Notes under the pieces: model-generated
Seen by the model: only the letters and a program-made list of their open reading frames with translations
Database searches by the model: none
What the model was told of the DNA's origin: nothing
From: Bacillota bacterium
GTDB lineage: Bacteria > Bacillota > Clostridia > Acetivibrionales > JANLFN01
DNA: 58,517 bases
NCBI GenBank assembly: GCA_030705825.1
Contig: JAUZPR010000006.1
Location: 1-58,517, forward strand
Direction of reading: 5' to 3'
Program-made: the position numbers and the translations under genes
Shown: positions 41,535 through 49,953 of the stretch, one piece after another
Layout of the letters: every line of letters begins with the position of its first letter
Position numbering within the stretch: position 1 is the first letter of the stretch

Positions 41535-42719
41535 CTAATACTTTTTCGGGTTAAATCTTCCATTTTCATCATAATTGATTGATTGAGTATACCCACAAGC
41601 ATTCCAAATGCTATCAAATACAGGTCTAAGTAACAAATCAATTTCTGTATTAAAATCTTCAAGTATGATAACTTCTGAGCTCAATATTTCTCTATCTATT
41701 TTATATTCAATCCCTCTGTAAAAGTTAAAACTTTTTGGCATTTCATATCCTTTAACACCCGTTAATGTAATAAAAATAAAGTATGGCAACTCAACCTTAA
41801 CTTCTTTTAAAAAGTCAATATATTGCTTTGTACTTTTTATTAATGCTTCTTCGAATGCAACATATGGTATAAATTTTTGACTTTCATCTGCGCTAGATAG
41901 TAACGATGATTCAACAGCTTCAATAATCCCATTCTTATATAGTTGAGTATATGCATCCACTTTTCCAGCTTCTATTGCTTCTGAATATAATATCATTCCC
42001 TCAAAATTTATTCTCTTTCTCGATGCTCCGTAATATATGGTATTGAAGAACTGATTGTTAAATACACTTTTTATATCAATTTTTTCAGCCTTTATATTAA
42101 AAGCTGATATAGGAACTATTTGTAATACAATGTTTGATTTGGTATTTAGTCTCAATAATGTTTCACCAGCAACTATATTAGCAATTCTGTCATTTTTGAA
42201 ATTCTGTATTTTTTCACTTAATGATTCAGATAAAACAAATGCACTCCTAAGCTCATCCACATCAAGCTGGTATACCCCATTACTGCTTCTTGCGAAAAAT
42301 CTACTCCAATTTTGAAATGTGACACAATGTGGGCTACGCCAACTTTTTGGGATGCGAATTACTAATGCCTTTTTGTTATCAGCAACATCGATTGGTTGAA
42401 TTTTTATTCCTGGTATTCTTGGCTGAACTCCTTGTCTAACCAGATCTTCAATCCAACGAATTTTAGAGTCTATTTCTTCATTATAAATACCTATTATTTC
42501 AGCCGGTACACCATTCTCCTCTTTTATACCATAAATAATGTCTCCACCACTTGAATTAGCGAATGAAGTAATGTCCTTCAAGAATTCACGTTTATCACTA
42601 TCACTGTTGCCAGAAAACTTCTCTTTATAATCCAGTGTTTTCTTTTCAAGGACAGAATCATTTACCAATAGTAATAAATCATCTCTATTAATATTTTCTA
42701 TCGGTTTTTGAATCATCAC
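41535..42719 (-). CDS. Schlafen/AlbA_2 domain protein
   Basis: LEKKTLDYKE...EFLKDITSFANSSGGDIIYGIKE...PH...FFARS. Confidence 0.85.
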   Translation of the reverse strand: MMIQKPIENINRDDLLLLVNDSVLEKKTLDYKEKFSGNSDSDKREFLKDITSFANSSGGDIIYGIKEENGVPAEIIGIYNEEIDSKIRWIEDLVRQGVQPRIPGIKIQPIDVADNKKALVIRIPKSWRSPHCVTFQNWSRFFARSSNGVYQLDVDELRSAFVLSESLSEKIQNFKNDRIANIVAGETLLRLNTKSNIVLQIVPISAFNIKAEKIDIKSVFNNQFFNTIYYGASRKRINFEGMILYSEAIEAGKVDAYTQLYKNGIIEAVESSLLSSADESQKFIPYVAFEEALIKSTKQYIDFLKEVKVELPYFIFITLTGVKGYEMPKSFNFYRGIEYKIDREILSSEVIILEDFNTEIDLLLRPVFDSIWNACGYTQSINYDENGRFNPKKY

Positions 42720-42894
42720 TATTCAACTCCCTTCACCAAAATTTTACACTAATAGAAGAAGAATCACAACTGAAATAGAAATTCGTCCACTCTCAAATAA
42801 ACGTTTGCATCTATATCTCGTATAAGGTTTACTTTTGCGTCACCATATATTTGGGCATATACATAAATTCTAAATTAGAAGGCGATTGATATCA

Positions 42895-43035
42895 ATGAAA
42901 AGAGTATCAACAACATTAGAAACTAGCTCTGGAAGAAATGTAAAATTTCATGACAACTACAACAACCAAAATATGAGTAGACCACAGTTTGTTAAAGAAA
43001 TTAATAATGGAATACATCCGATAATTCGTTCGTAA
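42895..43035 (+). pseudogene. Truncated small protein gene (DUF3892-like, tentative)
   Basis: MKRVSTTLETSSGRNVKFHDNYNNQNMSRPQFVKEINNG; the expected C-terminal NPD/NNL part is missing. Confidence 0.45.
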
Positions 43036-43045
43036 TCTTCTTCCT

Positions 43046-43115
43046 ATACACCAAGTTGTTCATCAGTGTAATCCAGACCATCAATTTCCAACTTTAATCT
43101 CTGTAAATTTGTCAT
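43046..43115 (-). pseudogene. Truncated phage-like structural gene start
   Basis: Strong AAGGAGG RBS + MTNLQRLKLEIDGLDYTDEQLGV*; resembles N-termini of phage head-tail connector-type proteins. Confidence 0.4.
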
Positions 43116-43174
43116 GCTCTGACCCTCCTTTTCATATTTTGTAATAAAAAACTGGCTTTTACACCAGTTATACT

Positions 43175-44935
43175 TTAAACAACAATATTCAATTGCTTTA
43201 ATTTGTTCCTTAAATTCTGTATTGTTATTGGTTCATTAAAGAACCACTCAATTAAGTTTATCCCATTTTCCGTACAGAGTTTCTTTTTTCTATTATCTAA
43301 CTCAACACGTTTATTGAAGTCCTCTTCTCCACCAAAGTATTTTGTAGGCTCAAAGTGCTGTAATCCTTGATACTCGAAAGCACAATTTATTTCAGGTGCA
43401 AATACATCAATCCTTTGTGGTCTAAGCCAATTCGGAGAATACTGCATTGTAGCTTCTGGAAAGTTTTTCTTAATCAACTCAAACATTGCCGATTCAGATT
43501 TCCACTTTGATGGTATTACCTTTTCTAAAACCAATTTTTCTTCTATTTTCTTCAATGTATTCTTTAAAGCATCTTCATCTGACCATTGACCAATAGCATT
43601 AAAACAGTACATACACCTATCCAGCATCTTTTTTTGAATCCCAATAAGATAATCCTTAAGCTGTGATTTAAACACAAAGCCATGATGAGCCATTAATTTA
43701 TCTAATACATCCTCAATATAACGCCTAAAATCAATATTAAAAAATTCCTTAAAATGTTCACTATGTAAAGTATCACAATATTTAATCAAATATTTAATAT
43801 CTATACCATAAATTCTTATTCCATAAAGAACCTCTCTTAAAAAACCAATAGGTTTAAAATTATAAAGCATCAGTTCTAAATCCATCATCTGCTCTTTTGA
43901 ATATACTACTTGATGGTTTTCGGTGTCATCTAATGGGCATTCATTCTTAATGATTTCATGTTTCAATGCACATTTTGCCAGTTCACACGCTATATAGTAT
44001 CTTTTACTTGGAATTTTAGTGAAGTAAAACTTGAACTCATTTAAAGTAATATCATTGACTGCTTCTGCTTCCCTTTCTTTAGGTTGTAGATGTTTAGGCA
44101 AAAGAAAACTTGCATCAACTTCTTGGTTCGTAAGATTTACTCTTGTATCTTGCCAAAATCGGCTATCAACAGATTTTCTGCAAACAGTTTTTTCACCAAT
44201 ATCAAGAGAATAATTTATTAAACTAAGTTCTTCATTTTCATCTTCCAATTCATTTTTTATATACATAATACTATTTGATTTTTTATTATACTTATATTCA
44301 GACTTCGTAAATTTATCAATTAAGATTGGTCTTTCATTGGACACATAATATAAATCGCCATCCACAATTGTGTTTTTATATGGAGTGTAGCAAATAAAAC
44401 TTATTGTATCATTAGGGTTTTTTATTAATGTAATACTTATCCCATCAATTCTTTTAATTATCTCCTTGCTTTTATCTTCATTTAATGTATAAACATTTAA
44501 ATTATTATAGAAAAAGGCTAACATTTTTTCAGGTATTGCTTTTGTATAAAATACTTTTATATCTCCATTACCTTTTTGTATATATGCATAGTTTACATGT
44601 TCATCAATTATCTTGATATAACCATCTTTCGCAACACATAAGTCACCTGTTCTTTCTCGAAAGTCTCGCCTATATTCTCCTGATAGTTTCATATTTCTTA
44701 TAAAAACAATCGTAGACGTATCTGCTGATAAATAAACTACTTGAACATTTTTACCAAGTAGTAATGGATTGGAACTAATTCTCTTCAAATAGCATTCTGT
44801 GTCAAACTTATGGTAAATTAGAATACCTATCTCTCTGGAAAAGTAAAAGTCCTCCAATACATTTGTTGCTAATAGTCTTTTCTCATTTTTTTCATATATA
44901 AAAAGATTCTTTTCCTTGTCATACTCATATCTCAT
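43175..44935 (-). CDS. Hypothetical protein with a beta-repeat N-terminus and a C-terminal Vsr/DUF559-like PD-(D/E)XK endonuclease domain
   Basis: SKWKSE...QRIDVF...FEYQGLQHF...DNRKKKLC...LIEW; repeated GDL(C/Y)...ID units; RBS before ATG 44935. Confidence 0.75.
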   Translation of the reverse strand: MRYEYDKEKNLFIYEKNEKRLLATNVLEDFYFSREIGILIYHKFDTECYLKRISSNPLLLGKNVQVVYLSADTSTIVFIRNMKLSGEYRRDFRERTGDLCVAKDGYIKIIDEHVNYAYIQKGNGDIKVFYTKAIPEKMLAFFYNNLNVYTLNEDKSKEIIKRIDGISITLIKNPNDTISFICYTPYKNTIVDGDLYYVSNERPILIDKFTKSEYKYNKKSNSIMYIKNELEDENEELSLINYSLDIGEKTVCRKSVDSRFWQDTRVNLTNQEVDASFLLPKHLQPKEREAEAVNDITLNEFKFYFTKIPSKRYYIACELAKCALKHEIIKNECPLDDTENHQVVYSKEQMMDLELMLYNFKPIGFLREVLYGIRIYGIDIKYLIKYCDTLHSEHFKEFFNIDFRRYIEDVLDKLMAHHGFVFKSQLKDYLIGIQKKMLDRCMYCFNAIGQWSDEDALKNTLKKIEEKLVLEKVIPSKWKSESAMFELIKKNFPEATMQYSPNWLRPQRIDVFAPEINCAFEYQGLQHFEPTKYFGGEEDFNKRVELDNRKKKLCTENGINLIEWFFNEPITIQNLRNKLKQLNIVV

Positions 44936-44952
44936 TATGCCCCCACCATTTT

Positions 44953-46347
44953 TCAAATAATACCTACTCTCCATTGGTATGTTTCAAATTTATACTTTGA
45001 ACTATCAAAAATATTATTAATAATTGTTACAATAACATCATCACTACAATCTGCCAATATGTTTTCCACCCTATAAATAGAGTACCGCTTACCCTCATTT
45101 ATCAATTTTTCTGCAACTTTCCTTTCATGTTCAGATATATAGAAAGGCAATCCGACATTTTCAGATGTTTTGACTTCAATAAAAATCTCAGTTCCATCCA
45201 ACTCAAATGATAAAATATCATAACCATTGGTTTCATCATCAGACTTACTCTCGAGCATGTAACAATAATCAGTATTCTTCAATTTTTCAAACTCTCTATC
45301 AAATACAAACGCTTCTCCCAAATCCCCTATCTCAATTTGCTTTTTATGTCTACTAAGATAGTCAGTTTTTAAGTACTTTTTCTTAAGTTGCTCAAAAGTA
45401 TAAATTGCAGATAAATTTGTTTTCGGCTCATTAGATTCTATTTGCTCTTGTTCAATTTCATCTATACTGTATTTAGTGTTTTTTTTTAGTTCCTCTGAAC
45501 ATTTCTTGCAAACTATTCTTCCGTTTACTGAAACCCAGTTTTCAAAATTATTCTTGTATGCTTGCTCACAGTTAAAGCATACAATTCTTACTGCATCTCG
45601 GGTATTCTTTATTTCTGTGGGTGTGAGATTATCTAGTCCTACCATATTACCTAAATTTTTAATACACTTATCTAAGTCTCCAAAACCGTTTTTATTCCTT
45701 TTGTGATACTCGTACCAGAATTCCTGACAATTTTCAGGTAAAACTATTTCATTACCCTCGCTGTCTAATACGCCTTTCTCAGTGTAAGAATCCCTTTTTA
45801 TTTCTCTAATATATACTGGTAATAAATTTGTTTCAAACAATAAGTACCAAGCGACAAAGCATCTTACTATATTTTTTCGTTCTACTGTCTGCTTTACTAA
45901 ATCTTCAATGTCATTGAGTTTACCAAAATCTATTATTTTCTTTTTTGGTTCATGAGAAGTTTCCACTACAATTTTATTTTCTTTCACACCATATATTTTT
46001 TTATCAAAATAGTTCTTTTTGTCTGCTTTTATCCAAATATCATCAAATCTAGTATCATTAATTATGTCATAAGCGTACAAGTACTCAAAAAAGGTTTTAA
46101 TAAAAGTGCCCTTTTTACTTTTTGTATTTTCTTCCTCAATTAACTCATTGATAAAATTAAAATCCTCCATTGTCAGGTTCTTAATATCGTACTTTTCAAT
46201 AAAGTAAAATAAAAAACCCAAAGCACTCCTATACCCTCGGAAATCTTTATACAATTTAAAGAAATTATCTATATGAAGTTTACTTTCTAAAGTAAACTTA
46301 GGTTCAATGATTTTAAATGGATATATTGACTGATTCTTTTTAGCCAC
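44953..46347 (-). CDS. DUF3883 PD-(D/E)XK nuclease with a Zn ribbon and a degenerate integrase-like N-terminus
   Basis: GDLGEAFV...GYDILSF...IFIEVKT...FYISEHE; CFNC...CKKC. Confidence 0.8.
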   Translation of the reverse strand: MAKKNQSIYPFKIIEPKFTLESKLHIDNFFKLYKDFRGYRSALGFLFYFIEKYDIKNLTMEDFNFINELIEEENTKSKKGTFIKTFFEYLYAYDIINDTRFDDIWIKADKKNYFDKKIYGVKENKIVVETSHEPKKKIIDFGKLNDIEDLVKQTVERKNIVRCFVAWYLLFETNLLPVYIREIKRDSYTEKGVLDSEGNEIVLPENCQEFWYEYHKRNKNGFGDLDKCIKNLGNMVGLDNLTPTEIKNTRDAVRIVCFNCEQAYKNNFENWVSVNGRIVCKKCSEELKKNTKYSIDEIEQEQIESNEPKTNLSAIYTFEQLKKKYLKTDYLSRHKKQIEIGDLGEAFVFDREFEKLKNTDYCYMLESKSDDETNGYDILSFELDGTEIFIEVKTSENVGLPFYISEHERKVAEKLINEGKRYSIYRVENILADCSDDVIVTIINNIFDSSKYKFETYQWRVGII

Positions 46348-46434
46348 ACTTGACCACTCCCAATAAATATTTCACATCATAGCATCATAGAGGCTTGTGA
46401 GTCAAAACCTTCCTTATCCTTTGATTTTAAAAAT

Positions 46435-46710
46435 TTAAATTAGAATTAGTGCTACGATTATGATTAATGTAAGTAATAAAACAAAAACAGATAAGCAACC
46501 GACTGAACTTGTTGGAGTAGCCCTCTTTCTTTCTATTTCTCTAAGTCTCTGCTTAGCATATTTGTTGACAGTACTTTCTTTTGGCTTGATTAATTTATAA
46601 AATTCATCATCGGACAAATAGTTATAAACATCTCGTTTCAACTTTTCATTATGCTTTTTCATTTTACTGTAACTTATACTAAAACTACCATATCCTCTTG
46701 CCATTACCAT
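46435..46710 (-). CDS. Small hypothetical protein with a C-terminal TM helix
   Basis: GAGGT RBS-like sequence; basic N-terminus and hydrophobic C-terminus. Confidence 0.55.
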   Translation of the reverse strand: MVMARGYGSFSISYSKMKKHNEKLKRDVYNYLSDDEFYKLIKPKESTVNKYAKQRLREIERKRATPTSSVGCLSVFVLLLTLIIIVALILI

Positions 46711-46892
46711 ACCTCACAGGCATAAATGTTTTTATGTGTGCACATTTTAACTATCTGCCAGAACCTTACATTCAAATCCTTGATTGTAGAATCATGTTAT
46801 CTAGTAGCAATACCTTGTAACATATTACCATTATATCATAACTTTTGGATAAATAGCGCCTATATTCGTCATCTTAGATTTAATTTAAATAG

Positions 46893-46930
46893 AAAAAAGC
46901 ACCCTGTAATATCTATTACAGGGTGCTTTT
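46893..46930 (-). terminator. Terminator of the tRNA operon
   Basis: aaaagcaccctgtaat/attacagggtgctttt stem abutting the tRNA-Lys CCA end. Confidence 0.85.
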
Positions 46931-47005
46931 GGTGAACCATCCGCGACTCGAACGCGGGACACCTTAATTAAAAGTCAAGTGCTCTGCCAACTGAGCTAAT
47001 GGTCC
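46930..47005 (-). tRNA. tRNA-Lys(UUU)
   Basis: GGACCATTAGCTCAGTTGGCAGAGCACTTGACTTTTAATTAAGGTGTCCCGCGTTCGAGTCGCGGATGGTTCACCA folds as a cloverleaf. Confidence 0.96.
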
Positions 47006-47008
47006 GTG

Positions 47009-47085
47009 TGGCTGGGATGGCTGGACTCGAACCAACGAAATGCCAGAGTCAAAGTCTGGTGCCTTACCGGCTTGGCTACATCCCA
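47009..47085 (-). tRNA. tRNA-Gln(UUG)
   Basis: TGGGATGTAGCCAAG...CCAGACTTTGACTCTGG...GGTTCGAGTCC...CCA. Confidence 0.96.
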
Positions 47086-47106
47086 ATATATAAAGTTTTG
47101 ATTTTA

Positions 47107-47176
47107 GAGGCCGGATACCAGATGCAGGAAAAGCGTAAACCTTATTCGCGTCTTCCGACGTCTGGTATCCGGCCTC
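47107..47176. repeat. Long hairpin in the His-Gln tRNA spacer
   Basis: Perfect 16-bp arms gaggccggataccaga/tctggtatccggcctc. Confidence 0.7.
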
Positions 47177-47181
47177 ATTTT

Positions 47182-47259
47182 TGGGGTGATTAGTGGGACT
47201 CGAACCCACGGCCTCCAGGGCCACAACCTGGCGCTCTAACCAACTGGGCTATAACCACC
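47182..47259 (-). tRNA. tRNA-His(GUG) with encoded G-1
   Basis: G-GTGGTTATAGCCCAGTTGG...CCAGGTTGTGGCCCTGG...GGTTCGAGTCC...CACCCCA. Confidence 0.96.
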
Positions 47260-47289
47260 ATAACAGTACCTGAAAAAAGGCACAAAGAT

Positions 47290-47318
47290 ATTTTAAGACA
47301 GGGAGACCTATTTGTCAA
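47290..47318 (-). promoter_or_regulatory. sigmaA promoter of the tRNA operon
   Basis: TTGACA-17 nt-TAAAAT. Confidence 0.75.
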
Positions 47319-47619
47319 GCGATATTTTGAAATAGAAAGCTGTTAATTCCTGGGCTATAAGGTTTTGCGGCAAAATTTTCCTTTGTTCTTGGACTTTCTC
47401 CTCCGCTTTATGTCACGTTTCACGTAAAAATGTTCCGTTTTTATATAAATAATGTTTTATTTTTTATACATTTTCTATTGTAAAATGTAGATTTATATTA
47501 TATTATATTGATGGTATATTTTATAAAAACTGCCATAAATATTGGAAAACTAGTATTATATGTTGTTTTGTCAAGCAGTGTCTTTACTAAGGATAATATT
47601 GATAAAGTGGTGATATTAT

Positions 47620-47802
47620 ATGAACACACCCCTCATATTAATTGCAGTTTTCGTTTCCGGTCTGGTCGTAGGAATATATTCGACATTGATGACTTTACGT
47701 TTTGTAAATTCAGTCCGCAGAAGCATGAAAAGAAAGAAATCCATAAAAGCTTCATCTTTTGATCACAGCTATATTAAAACTGAACTAAAGAAGGTCAGCT
47801 GA
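47620..47802 (+). CDS. Small single-TM hypothetical protein
   Basis: GGTGA RBS-like sequence; N-terminal TM and basic tail; stop abuts the nadE stop. Confidence 0.5.
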   Translation: MNTPLILIAVFVSGLVVGIYSTLMTLRFVNSVRRSMKRKKSIKASSFDHSYIKTELKKVS

Positions 47803-47803
47803 T

Positions 47804-49726
47804 TTATTCAATATCCTCCAGCCATAAAGCGGCTTCCGCATCACTCGGCATACGCCAGTCACCTCTTGGTGACAGACTCACCGATCCTACTTTTGGACCA
47901 TCGGGTATGCAAGATCTTTTGAATTGCTGGCTGAAGAACCTTTTATAAAACACGTTCAGCCATTTTTTAATTTCAGCCTTATCATAATTCCCTTCAAATG
48001 CTTTCATTGCAAGGAATAAAATCTTTCCTGGTTCATAACAGTTTCTTACTGCGTTGTAAAGGAAGAAATCATGCAATTCATAGGGCCCTATTATATCTTC
48101 CGTCTTCTGGTTTATGTCTCCATTGGAATCAGGCGGCAGCAGTTCGGGGCTTATTGGTGTGTTCAGAATTTTGTACAATACTTTTTTGGTTTCCTCATCA
48201 ACCATGTTATCGGCTGCCCACTGAACCAGGTACTTGACAAGTGTCTTTGGAACACTGCAGTTGACTGCATACATGGACATGTGGTCCCCATTATAGGTAC
48301 ACCAGCCCATTGCGAGTTCCGACAAGTCTCCTGTTCCTATAACCAGACCGCCCATTTTGTTTGCCAGATCCATAAGTATTTGTGTTCGCTCTCTGGCCTG
48401 AACATTTTCATATGTGACATCATGAATCCTGGGATCATGGCCGATATCCTTAAAATGCTGCATACATGCATCCTTTATGTTTATTTCGCGTAAAGATGCA
48501 CCTGTGGTTTTTATAAGGGTCACCGCATTTTTATATGTCTCATCTGTAGTTCCGAAACCAGGCATTGTTACAGCTATAATATTCTCCCTGGGCAGTCCGA
48601 GCCGATCAAAAGCTTTGGCTGTTACAAGCAGTGCCAGCGTAGAATCCAATCCTCCGGATATTCCTATAACTGCATATTTGGAATGTGTATGATTAAACCT
48701 TTTACCAAGACCTGAGGTTTGTATGGCAAAGATTTCACTGCACCTCTTATCCCTTGAATCAGGATTTGAAGGTACAAACGGATGCGCATCAACATTCCTG
48801 TAAAAATCAGAAACAACCAATTCCTTGATTCTAAATTTTATTTTTCTAAAGGCAGTACCCTTTTCGGGCTCCATAAAGCTGGTATTTTTAATCCGGTCGC
48901 TTATCAGTCTTTCTATATCAATATCGCCAATTATCAGTTGGTCATCGTTTCTGAACCTTTCGGATTCCTCAAGTATATTGCCATATTCCGAAATAATAGC
49001 ATGTCCCCCGAAAACAATATCAGTCGTAGATTCATTTATACCTGAAGAGGTATAAATGTATCCTGCGAAGCATTTTGCAGACTGCTGCCTTACAAGCTCT
49101 CTCCTGTATTCATATTTGCCTATTATTTCGTTGCTGGCCGAGAGGTTGAACAAAAGAACCGCTCCCGAGAGAGCCTGCCGAGAACTTGGCGGAATAGGCA
49201 CCCAAAGGTCTTCACATATTTCAATTCCGAAACAAATCCTGTCATCCTTCTCATCCTGGAATACCAAATCCACTCCGAATGGAACATTTTTTCCGCAGAT
49301 GTTTACCGAATCATCCTTGTTATCCAAACCTGAAGCAAACCAGCGTTGTTCGTAAAACTCACCGTAACCTGGTATATATGTTTTAGGGACCACTCCCAAT
49401 ATGTTTCCTGACTGCAGCACAACAGCGCAATTATAAAGCTGACCGGCACTATAAACCGGCAAACCTGCTATTACAACAGTATCACAACTTTGAGTAGCTT
49501 CCATGATATCCTGGAGATGCGTTTCTGCACCTTTTAACAATATTTGCTGTTGGAACAGGTCCGCGCATGTATATGAAGTAATGCATAATTCCGGAAAGAT
49601 AATAAATTGTGCTCCCTTTTCAGCCGCCTGTTTTATTAGCTTTTTAATGGCATCAGCATTATAGCTTAAATCTCCTACCTTTAATGAAGGTACTGCTGCG
49701 GCAGCTCTAACGAAACCGTAACTCAT
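47804..49726 (-). CDS. nadE: Glutamine-dependent NAD+ synthetase
   Basis: Nitrilase-fold glutaminase (FPEL, PKTY, EICEDLW) plus synthetase domain (GISGGLDS, ENVQARER, SQQFKR). Confidence 0.95.
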   Translation of the reverse strand: MSYGFVRAAAAVPSLKVGDLSYNADAIKKLIKQAAEKGAQFIIFPELCITSYTCADLFQQQILLKGAETHLQDIMEATQSCDTVVIAGLPVYSAGQLYNCAVVLQSGNILGVVPKTYIPGYGEFYEQRWFASGLDNKDDSVNICGKNVPFGVDLVFQDEKDDRICFGIEICEDLWVPIPPSSRQALSGAVLLFNLSASNEIIGKYEYRRELVRQQSAKCFAGYIYTSSGINESTTDIVFGGHAIISEYGNILEESERFRNDDQLIIGDIDIERLISDRIKNTSFMEPEKGTAFRKIKFRIKELVVSDFYRNVDAHPFVPSNPDSRDKRCSEIFAIQTSGLGKRFNHTHSKYAVIGISGGLDSTLALLVTAKAFDRLGLPRENIIAVTMPGFGTTDETYKNAVTLIKTTGASLREINIKDACMQHFKDIGHDPRIHDVTYENVQARERTQILMDLANKMGGLVIGTGDLSELAMGWCTYNGDHMSMYAVNCSVPKTLVKYLVQWAADNMVDEETKKVLYKILNTPISPELLPPDSNGDINQKTEDIIGPYELHDFFLYNAVRNCYEPGKILFLAMKAFEGNYDKAEIKKWLNVFYKRFFSQQFKRSCIPDGPKVGSVSLSPRGDWRMPSDAEAALWLEDIE

Positions 49727-49817
49727 ATGATCACCTTTAATATCTTCAATTAAATAAGTTAATAATAATAAGTCTACCATATTTAAATACTTTTGTGTGT
49801 ATACTCACATAAAAAAA

Positions 49818-49915
49818 CCACCCAAAAACCGTCAGGAGTCGAAGTTGACGGTAGGAACCAAAGCCTTTTGTATTTTCTTCATCGAAATGTGATTGCTTAT
49901 GGTTCTTTTGGGTGG
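49818..49915. ncRNA. Candidate structured RNA element, copy A
   Basis: Closing stem ccacccaaaa/ttttgggtgg enclosing two hairpins; paralogous to 54413-54509. Confidence 0.55.
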
Positions 49916-49953
49916 AAAAATATTATCATAAATTATTAATTTATATCAACAAT

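Noticed and set aside
41035-41535. att-site duplicate of the tRNA-Lys 3' end at the far edge of the island
   Set aside because: No copy of the tRNA 3' sequence found by eye; the left boundary rests on composition and gene remnants only.
44953-46347. Active integrase for the island
   Set aside because: The catalytic Arg, His-x-x-Arg and Tyr are not present.
46964-47224. ORFs overlapping the tRNA cluster
   Set aside because: The sequence is fully explained by three tRNAs and their spacers.
47416-47431. parS-like sequence cgtttcacgtaaaaat
   Set aside because: Four mismatches to the 16-bp parS palindrome, and symmetry is lost.
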